From the IMG/VR virus record IMGVR_UViG_3300037207_000030, positions 1 to 39,421 of that record: 39,421 bases of DNA; one strand, 5' to 3'. Positions within the stretch are counted from its first letter, which is position 1. The number at the start of each line of letters is the position of its first letter. Source of the stretch: a virus (lineage: Duplodnaviria > Caudoviricetes). Shown here one piece after another: positions 26,555 through 35,523 of this stretch. A program made the translations under genes and the position numbers. The notes beneath the pieces were generated by a model. It was not told where the DNA came from. It saw nothing but the letters and a program-made list of their open reading frames with translations, and searched no databases.

Positions 26555-26863
26555 GTGACGCAGCATGCGCCCACGCTCCAGCAACGTTTCGCGGCCTCGA
26601 TGGCCAGCCTGCAACGGGATGTCCGCAAACTCCAGACCCGCACCGCGGGCATCGATTCAGGGTTCCCGCTGGCCGCGCTGCCCGCCCAGGTCGACCCGGC
26701 CTACACCGGCACCGGTGACCCGAACGTGCTGATCAACGGTTCGGCCGCGCTGTCCGGCCCATGCCAGCACCTCGCCTCCTACACGCCGGCGGCCGGGGAC
26801 CAGGTGCTTGTCATCCCGGTCGGGGTCAGCAAGACGTACGTGATCCTCGGGAAGCTGACGTGA
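26555..26863 (+). CDS. Small tail-tip protein
   Basis: Short coiled coil then LASYTPAAGDQVLV...YVILGKL OB-fold-like motif. Confidence 0.7.
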   Translation: MTQHAPTLQQRFAASMASLQRDVRKLQTRTAGIDSGFPLAALPAQVDPAYTGTGDPNVLINGSAALSGPCQHLASYTPAAGDQVLVIPVGVSKTYVILGKLT

Positions 26864-26891
26864 CCCGCGTGGCCGGGGGGAGGGGGCCGGT

Positions 26892-27308
26892 TTGAGCGCG
26901 AGCGGGTACGGCGCGGTCAACAAGGTGAACAAGACCGGCGACACCATGACCGGGCCGCTCGACGGCACCTCAATCGTCACCGCGGTCGTCACCCTGGTCT
27001 ACGCGGCAACGCTGGCCATCGACGTGTCACTAGGTGGCCATTTCCGGGTCGAACTCACCGGCAACACGGCTGTAGCCGCCCCGGCCAGCCCCAGCGACGG
27101 GCAGAAGATCACCTTCGAGCTGGTGCAGGATTCGGCCGGCGGCCGGACGGTCACATGGGCTGCGGTGTTCGACTTCGGGAGCACCAGCGGCGTCAGCAAC
27201 ACACCGCCCGTGCTCACCACGTCGCCGAACAGGCGGGACCTCATCGGGTTCGTTTACTCCGCCGATCTCGGCAAATGGATGTACGCCGGCATGACGTCCG
27301 GCTTCTGA
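26892..27308 (+). CDS. Tail fiber-related protein
   Basis: KVNKTGDTMTGPL and LVQDSAGGRTVTW...LTTSPNRRDLIGF motifs typical of fiber modules. Confidence 0.72.
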   Translation: MSASGYGAVNKVNKTGDTMTGPLDGTSIVTAVVTLVYAATLAIDVSLGGHFRVELTGNTAVAAPASPSDGQKITFELVQDSAGGRTVTWAAVFDFGSTSGVSNTPPVLTTSPNRRDLIGFVYSADLGKWMYAGMTSGF

Positions 27309-27334
27309 CCCGCCTCCCTTTCATCCCCTAGTTC

Positions 27335-27376
27335 AGCCGCCGCGCGCCGCGCGGGCGGCTGTTTCGCCATGCCCGG
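27335..27376 (+). terminator. Hairpin + GTTT + CGCCATGCCCGG element
   Basis: AGCCGCC...GGCGGCT-GTTTCGCCATGCCCGG. Confidence 0.5.
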
Positions 27377-27402
27377 AATCAGCCCCGATGGGAGCCCTTT
27401 CG

Positions 27403-27528
27403 ATGCCCGACGACCCCCAGCCGGCCCCCGGCGAAACGCCCGGCGAGGACACCGCCGCCGCGCCCCCCGTGATCACCGCATCCGGCGGGCTCCGCCTGCC
27501 GCTGCCTCCCCGAAAGGACGGCAAGTAG
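27403..27528 (+). CDS. 41-aa hypothetical protein (not in ORF track)
   Basis: GGGAG RBS; MPDDPQPAPGETPGEDTAAAPPVITASGGLRLPLPPRKDGK*; stop abuts next ATG. Confidence 0.45.
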   Translation: MPDDPQPAPGETPGEDTAAAPPVITASGGLRLPLPPRKDGK

Positions 27529-27957
27529 ATGTCTTCGCTCTGGTACGACGCCACCACCGAGGCGGCTGTCAACGCGGTCACGGCGCTGCTGAACGGCAGC
27601 TCGCCCTTCGGCCGGATCGAGATTTATTCGGGTACGCAGCCGGCGCTGAACGGCTCGCTGACCGGCAGCGGTCAGGTACTGCTGGCGACGCTGGCGTTCT
27701 CGGCGACCGCGTTCGCCGCCGCCACCGCCGCTAGCGGGACGGTGACCGCGACCGCGACCACGATCACGTCGGGGACCGCCGCAGCGACCGGCACCGCCGG
27801 GTGGTTCGCGCTGGTCACCTCGGGGGGGACGACGGTCGCGACCGGGACCGTGGGCACGTCCGGCGCGGACCTCAACCTGTCGTCCCTGTCGATCACCTCC
27901 GGCGCGACCGTGTCCTGCTCGGCGTTCGCAATCACCATGTCCGAGACCGGCAGCTGA
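27529..27957 (+). CDS. Virion structural (tail-associated) protein
   Basis: IEIYSGTQP...LLATL...AAATGTAGWF...GTVGTSGADLNLSSLSITSGATV motif common in phage tail accessory genes. Confidence 0.75.
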   Translation: MSSLWYDATTEAAVNAVTALLNGSSPFGRIEIYSGTQPALNGSLTGSGQVLLATLAFSATAFAAATAASGTVTATATTITSGTAAATGTAGWFALVTSGGTTVATGTVGTSGADLNLSSLSITSGATVSCSAFAITMSETGS

Positions 27958-27982
27958 CCGGCGGCACAGAGAGGCAGAGGCC

Positions 27983-30079
27983 ATGTCGCTGACGGTCACC
28001 GCCGCCCAATCCGGTACGGGTGCTTTCGATGGGATGGCCCTTACCGTCCGAGTGGTCACGGGGCAGGCGGCCAGCCCGATCGGTGCGACCGCCTCATCCG
28101 GCACGGTCACCGCACCGGAACTGCCGATCACCCCCGCCGCCACCGGCAGCTACGTCTACGGCGCGGTTTACAACGCGAACGTGTCCACCGCGTTCACCGC
28201 GGCGACCGGCACGACGTTCTCCCAGAACACGAGCGACACCGGCGACGGGGTGGCCTACGGGACGTTCCGCCTCACCGCCACGACCACGTCCGGCGCACCG
28301 GTCTCGGTCGGCGCTACCGCGCCGGCCGAGACGGCTGGCCTCCTGAGTATCGCCCTGCTGGAGATCAAGGCCGGGACCGGACTCGCTGAGGACTCCTCCA
28401 GTCCGGCCGCGGTCGATACCACCACGGCTGAGACGCTCACCACGGCCAGCTTCAGCCCGCCCGCGGGGAGCATCCTGGTCGCGCAGGTGGTCGCGAACTG
28501 CACGGGGGACGGCACGAACTCGATGGCCGTCACGGTCAGCGACTCATCGGGCCTGACGTGGACCAAGCAGGCCTCCGATACCCAGACCGTTGGCTCAGCG
28601 ACCTACGAGGTCGTGTCCATATGGACGGCTGTGGTGCCATCTACCGAGCTGACGCCCCCGGTTTTCGTTGCCGCCTACTCGCCCAGCCCGGATTGGGTGT
28701 CGGCCGCGAGCCCGAAGACGCAGACGGTCCCGCTCCCCGCCGGGGACGTGCTGGTGGTGCTCGGCGGCACCCAGAGCTCCACGACGACGCTGGGTATCCC
28801 GGCGGGCGGCCCGGCGGGGCTCGGCCTGGACAAGTCGTCGGCGGTGTCCGGGTTCTGCGCGGGGTACGTGTGGTCGGCGGTGGCCAGCGCGCTGCAAGTG
28901 ACCACGGCGAGCCTTCCGGCCGCGACGGCGGGCACCGCGTACTCCTCGACGCTTACGGCCACGGGCGGCTCGGATACCGGCTTCACCTGGACGGTATCGG
29001 CTGGCGCGCTGCCGGTCTGGGCAGCGCTGAACAGCTCCACGGGAGTTATCTCAGGCACGCCAACAAGCGGCGAGACCGGCAGCAGCAGCTTCACGGCCGA
29101 AGTCACCGACTCTGCCGGTAACACCGCCACCGCGTCCCTGTCTCTCACCGTGGACGCCGCCGCCGGCACGCAGCCGAACGGCCCCTCGGGCTCCTGGACC
29201 CTCGCGTGGAACGATGAGTTCAACGACGCCACCGGCATGTCGGGTAACACGAACGGGCTGAGCGCGCAGAAGTGGAACGTCGGGTGGTTCTACGGCCCGT
29301 CCTCTCCCGGTGGCACCGGCTACACCGGCACGTCGTTCACCGACTCCAGCGGCGCGGGCGCGATCGAGTTCTACGGCAAGGGCGCGCTGGCGTTCCCTGC
29401 TGGCGGCGGCATGACGATGAGCTGCTACGCATCCGGCGACGGCCCGGATGGTGCGAGCTACAACTCAGGTGGCCACACGTCCACGTCAGAGTCCGGCGGC
29501 GTCAACACCGCTGGCATCATGAACATCACCCCGAACACCAGCTACAGCGTGCCGTCGGACATCGCGAGCACGGTCATCCAGGCCGCGAGCATCGTGGTCG
29601 AGATGAAGGCCCGGATGCCCGGCCCGAGCGCGGCGGCCGCTGGCTACTGGGCGTTCGTGGGCTTCTACAACGCCGGTAACAGCGACGTCCCCGACTACCC
29701 CGACAGTGGCTACTACGAAGAGATCGACGCCTGGGAGCAGCTTGGCAACGACTGTACCGGTGCGTCGTACGAGTTCCACCTGCACGAAGCGTCGACCTAC
29801 AACGGATCGTCGTCCGCGCCGACGTCTCTCCAGACCACCGACCTGAGCCTGGCGTACCACACGTACACGATCGAATTCACCTATTCGACGATGACGATGT
29901 GGATCGATGGCGTCGAGGTCACCGACAACTCCCCGACCGCCGCTGAATGCGAAGCCCAGTGGGCCACTCCGCAGTACCTCAACATTCTGTTCCAGATTCT
30001 CGCGGGATACGAGCCTACCGGCAGCGGCGGCGCGACCCCGTGGATGATCGACTACGTCCGCGTCTGGACACAGGCATGA
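27983..30079 (+). CDS. Multidomain tail accessory protein: Thr/Ser-rich beta domains + Ig (He_PIG-like) + GH16-like glycoside hydrolase
   Basis: VTTASLPAATAGTAYSSTLTATGG..WTVSAGALP..LNSSTGVISGTPT (Ig); WTLAWNDEFN, EEIDAWEQ (ExDxxE catalytic), YHTYTIEF, MWIDG, IDYVRVW (GH16). Confidence 0.85.
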   Translation: MSLTVTAAQSGTGAFDGMALTVRVVTGQAASPIGATASSGTVTAPELPITPAATGSYVYGAVYNANVSTAFTAATGTTFSQNTSDTGDGVAYGTFRLTATTTSGAPVSVGATAPAETAGLLSIALLEIKAGTGLAEDSSSPAAVDTTTAETLTTASFSPPAGSILVAQVVANCTGDGTNSMAVTVSDSSGLTWTKQASDTQTVGSATYEVVSIWTAVVPSTELTPPVFVAAYSPSPDWVSAASPKTQTVPLPAGDVLVVLGGTQSSTTTLGIPAGGPAGLGLDKSSAVSGFCAGYVWSAVASALQVTTASLPAATAGTAYSSTLTATGGSDTGFTWTVSAGALPVWAALNSSTGVISGTPTSGETGSSSFTAEVTDSAGNTATASLSLTVDAAAGTQPNGPSGSWTLAWNDEFNDATGMSGNTNGLSAQKWNVGWFYGPSSPGGTGYTGTSFTDSSGAGAIEFYGKGALAFPAGGGMTMSCYASGDGPDGASYNSGGHTSTSESGGVNTAGIMNITPNTSYSVPSDIASTVIQAASIVVEMKARMPGPSAAAAGYWAFVGFYNAGNSDVPDYPDSGYYEEIDAWEQLGNDCTGASYEFHLHEASTYNGSSSAPTSLQTTDLSLAYHTYTIEFTYSTMTMWIDGVEVTDNSPTAAECEAQWATPQYLNILFQILAGYEPTGSGGATPWMIDYVRVWTQA

Positions 30080-31161
30080 CCGGCTACGCGCTGTCGGAGT
30101 CCAGCAGCGGCACTGGCCTATGGGGTGACATCGCCCTGGCGTTCTCCGGGTCGCCCGGGACCGGGGCTTCGGCGTCGGCTACCGGATCTGGCGCGCCGTC
30201 GCTGACCATCACCACCACCCAGAACCATTCAGCGATTGCCGTCCTGGTCCTGGACGCCGACGCCAATAACGGCAGCTCGCGGGCCTGGCTGACGGTCAAC
30301 GGGGTCACGCCCAGCGCCGGCAATGGGTACGAGCAGGTGTACTCCTACAGCGCGTCGGAATACGCCGCCTACGTCGCCTATTACCCCGACGCTGGGGCGG
30401 CCGGGGCGCAGACGGTCGGCTTGTCCGCCCCGTCGATGCAGTACACGATCCTCGCCGTCGAGGTCCTCGGCGGCACCGAAGCCGCGGGCGCGGTCACTTC
30501 CACCGGCTCGGCGGCCCTGGCCGCGCTGAGCGCGTCCGGTGCGGGCGGCCCCGTCGTCCCGGTCACTTCCACCGGCTCGGCGGCCCTGGCCGCACTGGCC
30601 GCGTCCGGTGGCGTGATCCCGCCGCAGATGGAAGTGTTCGCGGACATCCCGGCCGGGGTGGTGACCTCCGGCGGGACCGATGCGCCGCCCGCGGGCACTG
30701 TGGAAACGTGGACGGTGTTCGTGTCGGTGCCGTTCGCTGCCGCATCGCCCAGCGGCACCCCGCAGACGTTCTTCTACGCTGCGGATCCGGTCGCCCCGTC
30801 CGAGATATTCCTCATCACCGCCTGCCCAGGCGGGACCGGTTCCCAGACGTGGACGGTGACCCGCGGCGCGGACGGCGCGGCACCGGTCGCTCACGGGGCC
30901 GGATTCACCGTCGTACAGGTGGTCTCACGGGCGTCGCTGAAGGCGTTGCAGGCGGTCCGGGGGACCACGGTCTTGTCCGGGGGGACAGCGACCGTCACCT
31001 GCTCCACGATCACCGCCAACTCGCTGATCTACCTGACCAGCCAGGCAGACGGCGGCACCCCCGGATGGCTGCGGGTCTCGGCCCGTGTCCCAGGCGTGTC
31101 GTTCACCATCACCTCAAGCAATGGCGCCGACGCGAGCACGGTCGCCTACGCGATCGGCTGA
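30076..31161 (+). CDS. Tail accessory protein
   Basis: ATGA coupling; mosaic of beta-rich modules incl. WTVTRGADG and C-terminal GTTVLSGGTATV...ITANSLIYLT...FTITSS..DASTVAY. Confidence 0.78.
   Translation: MTGYALSESSSGTGLWGDIALAFSGSPGTGASASATGSGAPSLTITTTQNHSAIAVLVLDADANNGSSRAWLTVNGVTPSAGNGYEQVYSYSASEYAAYVAYYPDAGAAGAQTVGLSAPSMQYTILAVEVLGGTEAAGAVTSTGSAALAALSASGAGGPVVPVTSTGSAALAALAASGGVIPPQMEVFADIPAGVVTSGGTDAPPAGTVETWTVFVSVPFAAASPSGTPQTFFYAADPVAPSEIFLITACPGGTGSQTWTVTRGADGAAPVAHGAGFTVVQVVSRASLKALQAVRGTTVLSGGTATVTCSTITANSLIYLTSQADGGTPGWLRVSARVPGVSFTITSSNGADASTVAYAIG
30492..30608 (+). repeat. Direct repeat GGTCACTTCCACCGGCTCGGCGGCCCTGGCCGC (two copies, 69-bp period)
   Basis: Encodes VTSTGSAALAAL.ASG twice. 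Confidence 0.85.
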
Positions 31162-31232
31162 CCGGCACCGGGGGAGTGGGCCTGGCCCCGGGAAAGGAGC
31201 GGCAGCCAGCCCCGGCAGAGAGGTGATCACGC

Positions 31233-32666
31233 ATGGCCATGACGGTCACCGCCACGCAGGGCGGCTCCGGCGATATGAACGGCATCGCCCTCGATGTCCG
31301 GGTCGTGACCGGGGCGGCGGCCACCCAGAACGGCAAGACAGGCAGCTCAGTCACCATCACCACACCGCAGTTGAGCATCACACCCAACGCCACCGGGTCA
31401 TGGGTCTACGCCTCGATCTCGGCGTACGGCAGCAGCAGCACGTTCACCGCCAACGGTGCGACGACCTTGCGCGAGAACGTCAACCAGGCCGGTAACCCCA
31501 CCACGTACGGCACCGGCCGCACGTCGGCGACGACGACTGGCGGCACTGCGGTCACCGTAGGCGCGAGCGCACCTACTGGTTTCAGCGCCGACGCGATCCA
31601 GTTGGTACTAGCCGAGATCCTGGTCGCGGCCGGGTCATCGCTGGCTGAGGACTCGTCGACTCCGGCCGTGGCTTACACCACCACAGCGGAAACGGTCACC
31701 ACGGCGTCGTTCACGCCGCCGTCCGGCGCCCTCCTGGTCGCGATCGTCGCGCCGAACTCGTCCGGCGCGTCGGGCACCCAGACCATCACCGTCTCCGATT
31801 CCACAAGCCTGACCTGGACGAAACTGATCGCCATCAGTTCGTCCGGGGACTCGGCGAACGGCATCTGGATCGCCCGGGTGCCCACGACGTTCACCAGCAC
31901 CGGCAGCGCGGGCCTCGCGGCGCTGGGCGTGTCCGGGACCGTCGCTGTCCCGTTCACCAGCAGCGGGACAGCCGGGCTGTCTACGGCCAGCCTGAATGGC
32001 ACCGGCACGGTCACGAACACGGTCACCAGCTCGGGCAGCGCCGAGCTGGCCACGCCTGGCGCGGCCGGAACGGGCAACGTCCCGTTCACCAGCACCGGCA
32101 CCACCGGCCCGCCCGCGGCGGTCATGTCCGCGACAGGGACGGTCGCGAACCCGGTCACCAGTTCAGGATCGGCGGCCCTGGCCGCGCCTGGCATGGCCGG
32201 GACAGCCAGCGAATCGGGGACGACCGGCGCCAGCGGCTCGGCCGCCCTGCCCAGCCTGGCCGCGTCCGGGACCGTCGCTGTCCCGTTCACCACCACCGGC
32301 ACCATGGGCCTCGCAGCACCCGGCGTGGCCGGGACCGGAACGACTGGGCCCTACACCGCCACCGGCAGCGTCCAAGCCGGGACGCTCGGCATGGCCGGGA
32401 CCGCCAGCATGCCGACCGGGCCGATCACCACGTCCGGCAGCGCCGGGCTGGCCACGCCCGGGATGGCCGGGACGGAAAACCCGCCAGTAGCCCCGGCATC
32501 GGTGTCGTTCACCGCCGTACCGGGCCTGGCGCAACCAGGCGCGTTCACGCCCGGACAGCCAGGCGGCACCAACATCACCGGTACCGGGTCGATCGGCCTG
32601 GCCGCACTCCAGTTGCGGAAGCCAACGGCGCAAGGAAGCGGCCCGCTTCTGGCGTTCCCGTTCTGA
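31233..32666 (+). CDS. Tail accessory protein; N-terminal domain paralogous to 27983..30079, C-terminal ~21-aa repeats
   Basis: MAMTVTATQGGSGDMNGIALDVRVVTG vs MSLTVTAAQSGTGAFDGMALTVRVVTG; shared LAEDSS.PA...TTTAET.TTASF.PP.G..LVA; repeats TS.GSA.LA.PG.AGT. Confidence 0.8.
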   Translation: MAMTVTATQGGSGDMNGIALDVRVVTGAAATQNGKTGSSVTITTPQLSITPNATGSWVYASISAYGSSSTFTANGATTLRENVNQAGNPTTYGTGRTSATTTGGTAVTVGASAPTGFSADAIQLVLAEILVAAGSSLAEDSSTPAVAYTTTAETVTTASFTPPSGALLVAIVAPNSSGASGTQTITVSDSTSLTWTKLIAISSSGDSANGIWIARVPTTFTSTGSAGLAALGVSGTVAVPFTSSGTAGLSTASLNGTGTVTNTVTSSGSAELATPGAAGTGNVPFTSTGTTGPPAAVMSATGTVANPVTSSGSAALAAPGMAGTASESGTTGASGSAALPSLAASGTVAVPFTTTGTMGLAAPGVAGTGTTGPYTATGSVQAGTLGMAGTASMPTGPITTSGSAGLATPGMAGTENPPVAPASVSFTAVPGLAQPGAFTPGQPGGTNITGTGSIGLAALQLRKPTAQGSGPLLAFPF

Positions 32667-32773
32667 TCCACGCCTCTACTTGACCTGCTGTTTTGTTCGC
32701 ATCCCGGCCTGTGGGGGCGAAGCTCCCGCAGGAACCGCAGCTACCAGTGACCTACCAAGAGGGGAGGCCGAGG

Positions 32774-33127
32774 TTGGAAGACGACAACCACGACCGCCGC
32801 CACCTGGGCGACGAGCCGGTGATCGCCTATTCCGTGAAGGACATCCTCACGGAGATGCGGGCCGACATCACCAACAAGCTCGACCGTTTGTTCGACCTGC
32901 TCGCGCTGAAAGCCGACAAGGGCGACCTTGCGGCGTTGCAGCAGAAGGTCGACGCCCACGACTTGCACCTGGCCCAGATCCAGGGCGAACTTGACCGCGC
33001 GCATAACCACGTCGCCTGGCGCAGTGAATGGCGGCGGTGGCTGATCCCGACCATCCTGTCGGTGGCCATGATCGCGATCATGATCGCGAGCATGTTCCTG
33101 ACCGGCGGGAACACGCCCGCCGGCTGA
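32774..33127 (+). CDS. Coiled-coil protein with C-terminal TM (holin-like / lysis accessory)
   Basis: GGGGAGG RBS before TTG; heptad region then WLIPTILSVAMIAIMIASMFL. Confidence 0.65.
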   Translation: MEDDNHDRRHLGDEPVIAYSVKDILTEMRADITNKLDRLFDLLALKADKGDLAALQQKVDAHDLHLAQIQGELDRAHNHVAWRSEWRRWLIPTILSVAMIAIMIASMFLTGGNTPAG

Positions 33128-33201
33128 CCGCCCGCACAATCCCCCGCCCGTAGCCGCTGCCCGCGGCCCATCCGCCACTCCACCAGAAAGGAGGGGTGGC
33201 G

Positions 33202-33969
33202 ATGAGCCGTACCGGCATGCCACCTTCCACGCACACCGAGCAGGAAGACCATCCGTGGGAGATCGAGATCCCCGATCACCCGCCCCGCACCGACTCCCCG
33301 GAGTACAAGCAGTCCCGCGCGACGATGAACCGCATCGCCCGGGAAGTCCACGGCTTCTACTACGGGCCCCCGCCATACCAGGACCATCACGGCGGCGGCC
33401 TGTGGCTCCTCGACGACGACGGGTGGTTCCTGGCCCGCAACCTGGCGGGTATCGAGTGGGCTAGCCAGTTTTGCGCCGACCCCGCCCGGGTCGACGAGCT
33501 CCGGGTCAACGCCCGCCGGATCTACGCCGGCTTTCCGGACGCTGTCCGCGAGCTGGGCATCCGTGAACTGCTCGACACGCCCATCGTGGACGCGGCCGGT
33601 ATCGCCCGGTGGACCGACTCGATCTGCAACGCCAGCGTGCCGCTCACAGCGGAACTCCATACGGGCGTCTTGCCGCACGGCGGCGGTGTCCACCACTACC
33701 CGGCCCCGATCACCGAAATCCAGACCTTTACTCGAGGCGACTTTCAGCTGTGGGTCACCGACCGGGACGGGCACGCTCACGCGGTCGTACCGGTCGCTCC
33801 ACGCGGGTCAGGGGACCGGCGGGTGCATGTCCTGTGGTCGGCGCCCGGTTCGGCGCTGCACGCCGAGCACCGGATGGCGCTGGCGGCCGGGCGGCGGCTG
33901 GTGCTGCCCGAAGACGACGACCTGGCCCGGCAGGCGTTCGCCCGGCAGGACGCGGAGGACGGCCAGTGA
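33202..33969 (+). CDS. DUF6424-like His-rich protein
   Basis: AAGGAGG RBS; EDHPWEIEIPDHPPRTDSPEY, QDHHGGGLW, GIEWASQFCADP, WTDSICNA, GVHHYPAP motifs (family recalled from memory). Confidence 0.65.
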   Translation: MSRTGMPPSTHTEQEDHPWEIEIPDHPPRTDSPEYKQSRATMNRIAREVHGFYYGPPPYQDHHGGGLWLLDDDGWFLARNLAGIEWASQFCADPARVDELRVNARRIYAGFPDAVRELGIRELLDTPIVDAAGIARWTDSICNASVPLTAELHTGVLPHGGGVHHYPAPITEIQTFTRGDFQLWVTDRDGHAHAVVPVAPRGSGDRRVHVLWSAPGSALHAEHRMALAAGRRLVLPEDDDLARQAFARQDAEDGQ

Positions 33970-34430
33970 AGCTCCGGGCGCTGATCAAGGGCCCGGCTGC
34001 GCGCCGCGCCGTGTTCGGCGGCAGCGACGGCATGATGTCGCTGCTCGGCGTCGTTGGCTACCTGCTGGTCACGCATCCGAAGCTGATCTTTCCGACCGCG
34101 CTGTCCGGGGCGATCTCCTCCGGGGTGAGCATGGCGGCCGGGGACTTCATGTCGGCCGACACCGACACCCGCCTGCCCGGCGCGGCAGTCATGTTCGGGG
34201 CCACCGTCATCGGCGGGGCCGCCCCTGCTGTTCCGTGGGCGTTCACCTCCGGCGCCGCGGCGCTGGCATGCGCCGCCGGCGTGTGCGTCGTCATCGCCGG
34301 GCTGGTCGCATTCCTCCGGGAAGCAGGCCCGGGTCAGCGGTGGGTGATCGTCGGGCAGACGTTCGCGATCCTCGCCGTCGTCCTGATCGTCACCATCGCG
34401 TGTGACCTGTGGATCGGGAGCACGGCGTAA
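33966..34430 (+). CDS. VIT1/CCC1-family membrane protein (short form)
   Basis: GTGA coupling; AVFGGSDGMMSLLGVV and SGAISSGVSMAAGDFMS match VIT1 TM1/TM2 metal-binding motifs; about five TMs. Confidence 0.78.
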   Translation: MKLRALIKGPAARRAVFGGSDGMMSLLGVVGYLLVTHPKLIFPTALSGAISSGVSMAAGDFMSADTDTRLPGAAVMFGATVIGGAAPAVPWAFTSGAAALACAAGVCVVIAGLVAFLREAGPGQRWVIVGQTFAILAVVLIVTIACDLWIGSTA

Positions 34431-34446
34431 GCCGCTGGCAGCCGCC

Positions 34447-35046
34447 TCAAGCAGGTCGCAGGGGTGCTGCTGAGGACGAACGGGCAAGCCGGCGTCGTAC
34501 CGCCGAGCACCTATCACCGCATGCTGAGTACCGCTTGACGAGCGTCACCGGCACTAGGAAACGCTGAGCGCAGATCACGCACGTCAGCTCGGCAAGGGGA
34601 GTGCCTGGCGGTACGGACGGAGGAACGCGCTGGGGTAGTTCGGCCGGCTCACCCGAGCGGGGCACACCGGCACCGTACTTGGCCTCGCTCTCGCTCATCC
34701 GGAACGCGCGAAGCGCAGCGCGATGAGCCGCAGTGCGCTCGTAGCGTCCATGGCGCGGTGACTGCCGTCCTTTGCCGTACATGTCATAGAGGTTGTCGGA
34801 CTGCGAGCCATCGAATAGGTGGGTTATGTCGCCGCACGGTGGATTGTCGCAGTGGTGCAGGATCTCGGCCCCTGGCGGGATCGGGCCGTGCTCGAAGGTC
34901 CACACCAGGCGGTGTGTGCGCCAGAGCTTGCCCTGATAGGTGAAGGCTCCATACCCCTTCTCGAATCGCCCTCGCGTCCATTCGAGGCATCCGTTGGCGG
35001 CCCGTTTGAAGCCTGCATGCAGATCATCGGCTGTATTCGCCTTCAC
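34447..35046 (-). CDS. HNH endonuclease (HNH_3 / homing type)
   Basis: GCLEWTRGRFEKGYG...RTHRLVW...ILHHCDNPPCGDITHLFDGSQSDN...KGR; C-terminal CxxC...CxxxC. Confidence 0.88.
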   Translation of the reverse strand: MKANTADDLHAGFKRAANGCLEWTRGRFEKGYGAFTYQGKLWRTHRLVWTFEHGPIPPGAEILHHCDNPPCGDITHLFDGSQSDNLYDMYGKGRQSPRHGRYERTAAHRAALRAFRMSESEAKYGAGVPRSGEPAELPQRVPPSVPPGTPLAELTCVICAQRFLVPVTLVKRYSACGDRCSAVRRRLARSSSAAPLRPA

Positions 35047-35076
35047 GTTCTAATTCTAGCAAGAGAGGGGGTAGGG

Positions 35077-35523
35077 GTGACTGCTGTTCATCGCCACCCC
35101 GTCAATCAGGCGCTCTACGACAATCCCTCGCGCGTGGACCGAGCGGTTGATCGCTTCGTGACGTTCTTTGGGTCGCTACGGTTCATCGCCTGGATGACGG
35201 CCTTTATCGTCGCGTGGCTCGCCCTGAACACGCTCGCACTCACAGACGCGATCCACTTCGACAGGTATCCGTACATCCTCCTGAATCTGATCTTCTCCAC
35301 GCAGGCCTCCTACGCCGCGCCGCTGATCCTGCTGTCGCAGAACCGCGCCGCTGAACGGGACCGGCTGAAAGCCGAACACGACTACGAGGTCAACGAGGCC
35401 GCTCTCACCGAGATCCGCGCCGACCGCGCGCTGACCATGCGGGTCTGCCAGCTGCTCGGCGTGCCCATCGACGCCCCGGACGGTGACCCCGCCGGGACCG
35501 CACCCATCAAGGAGCAACCATGA
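35077..35523 (+). CDS. DUF1003-like membrane protein
   Basis: FFGSLRFI...FDRYPYILLNLIFSTQASYAAPLILLSQNR...DR..AEHDYEVN. Confidence 0.85.
   Translation: MTAVHRHPVNQALYDNPSRVDRAVDRFVTFFGSLRFIAWMTAFIVAWLALNTLALTDAIHFDRYPYILLNLIFSTQASYAAPLILLSQNRAAERDRLKAEHDYEVNEAALTEIRADRALTMRVCQLLGVPIDAPDGDPAGTAPIKEQP

Noticed and set aside
13555-32666. Diversity-generating retroelement acting on propellers or tail genes
   Set aside because: No reverse transcriptase in the window and no TR/VR pair differing only at adenines was seen; variation includes indels. A trans-acting RT elsewhere cannot be excluded
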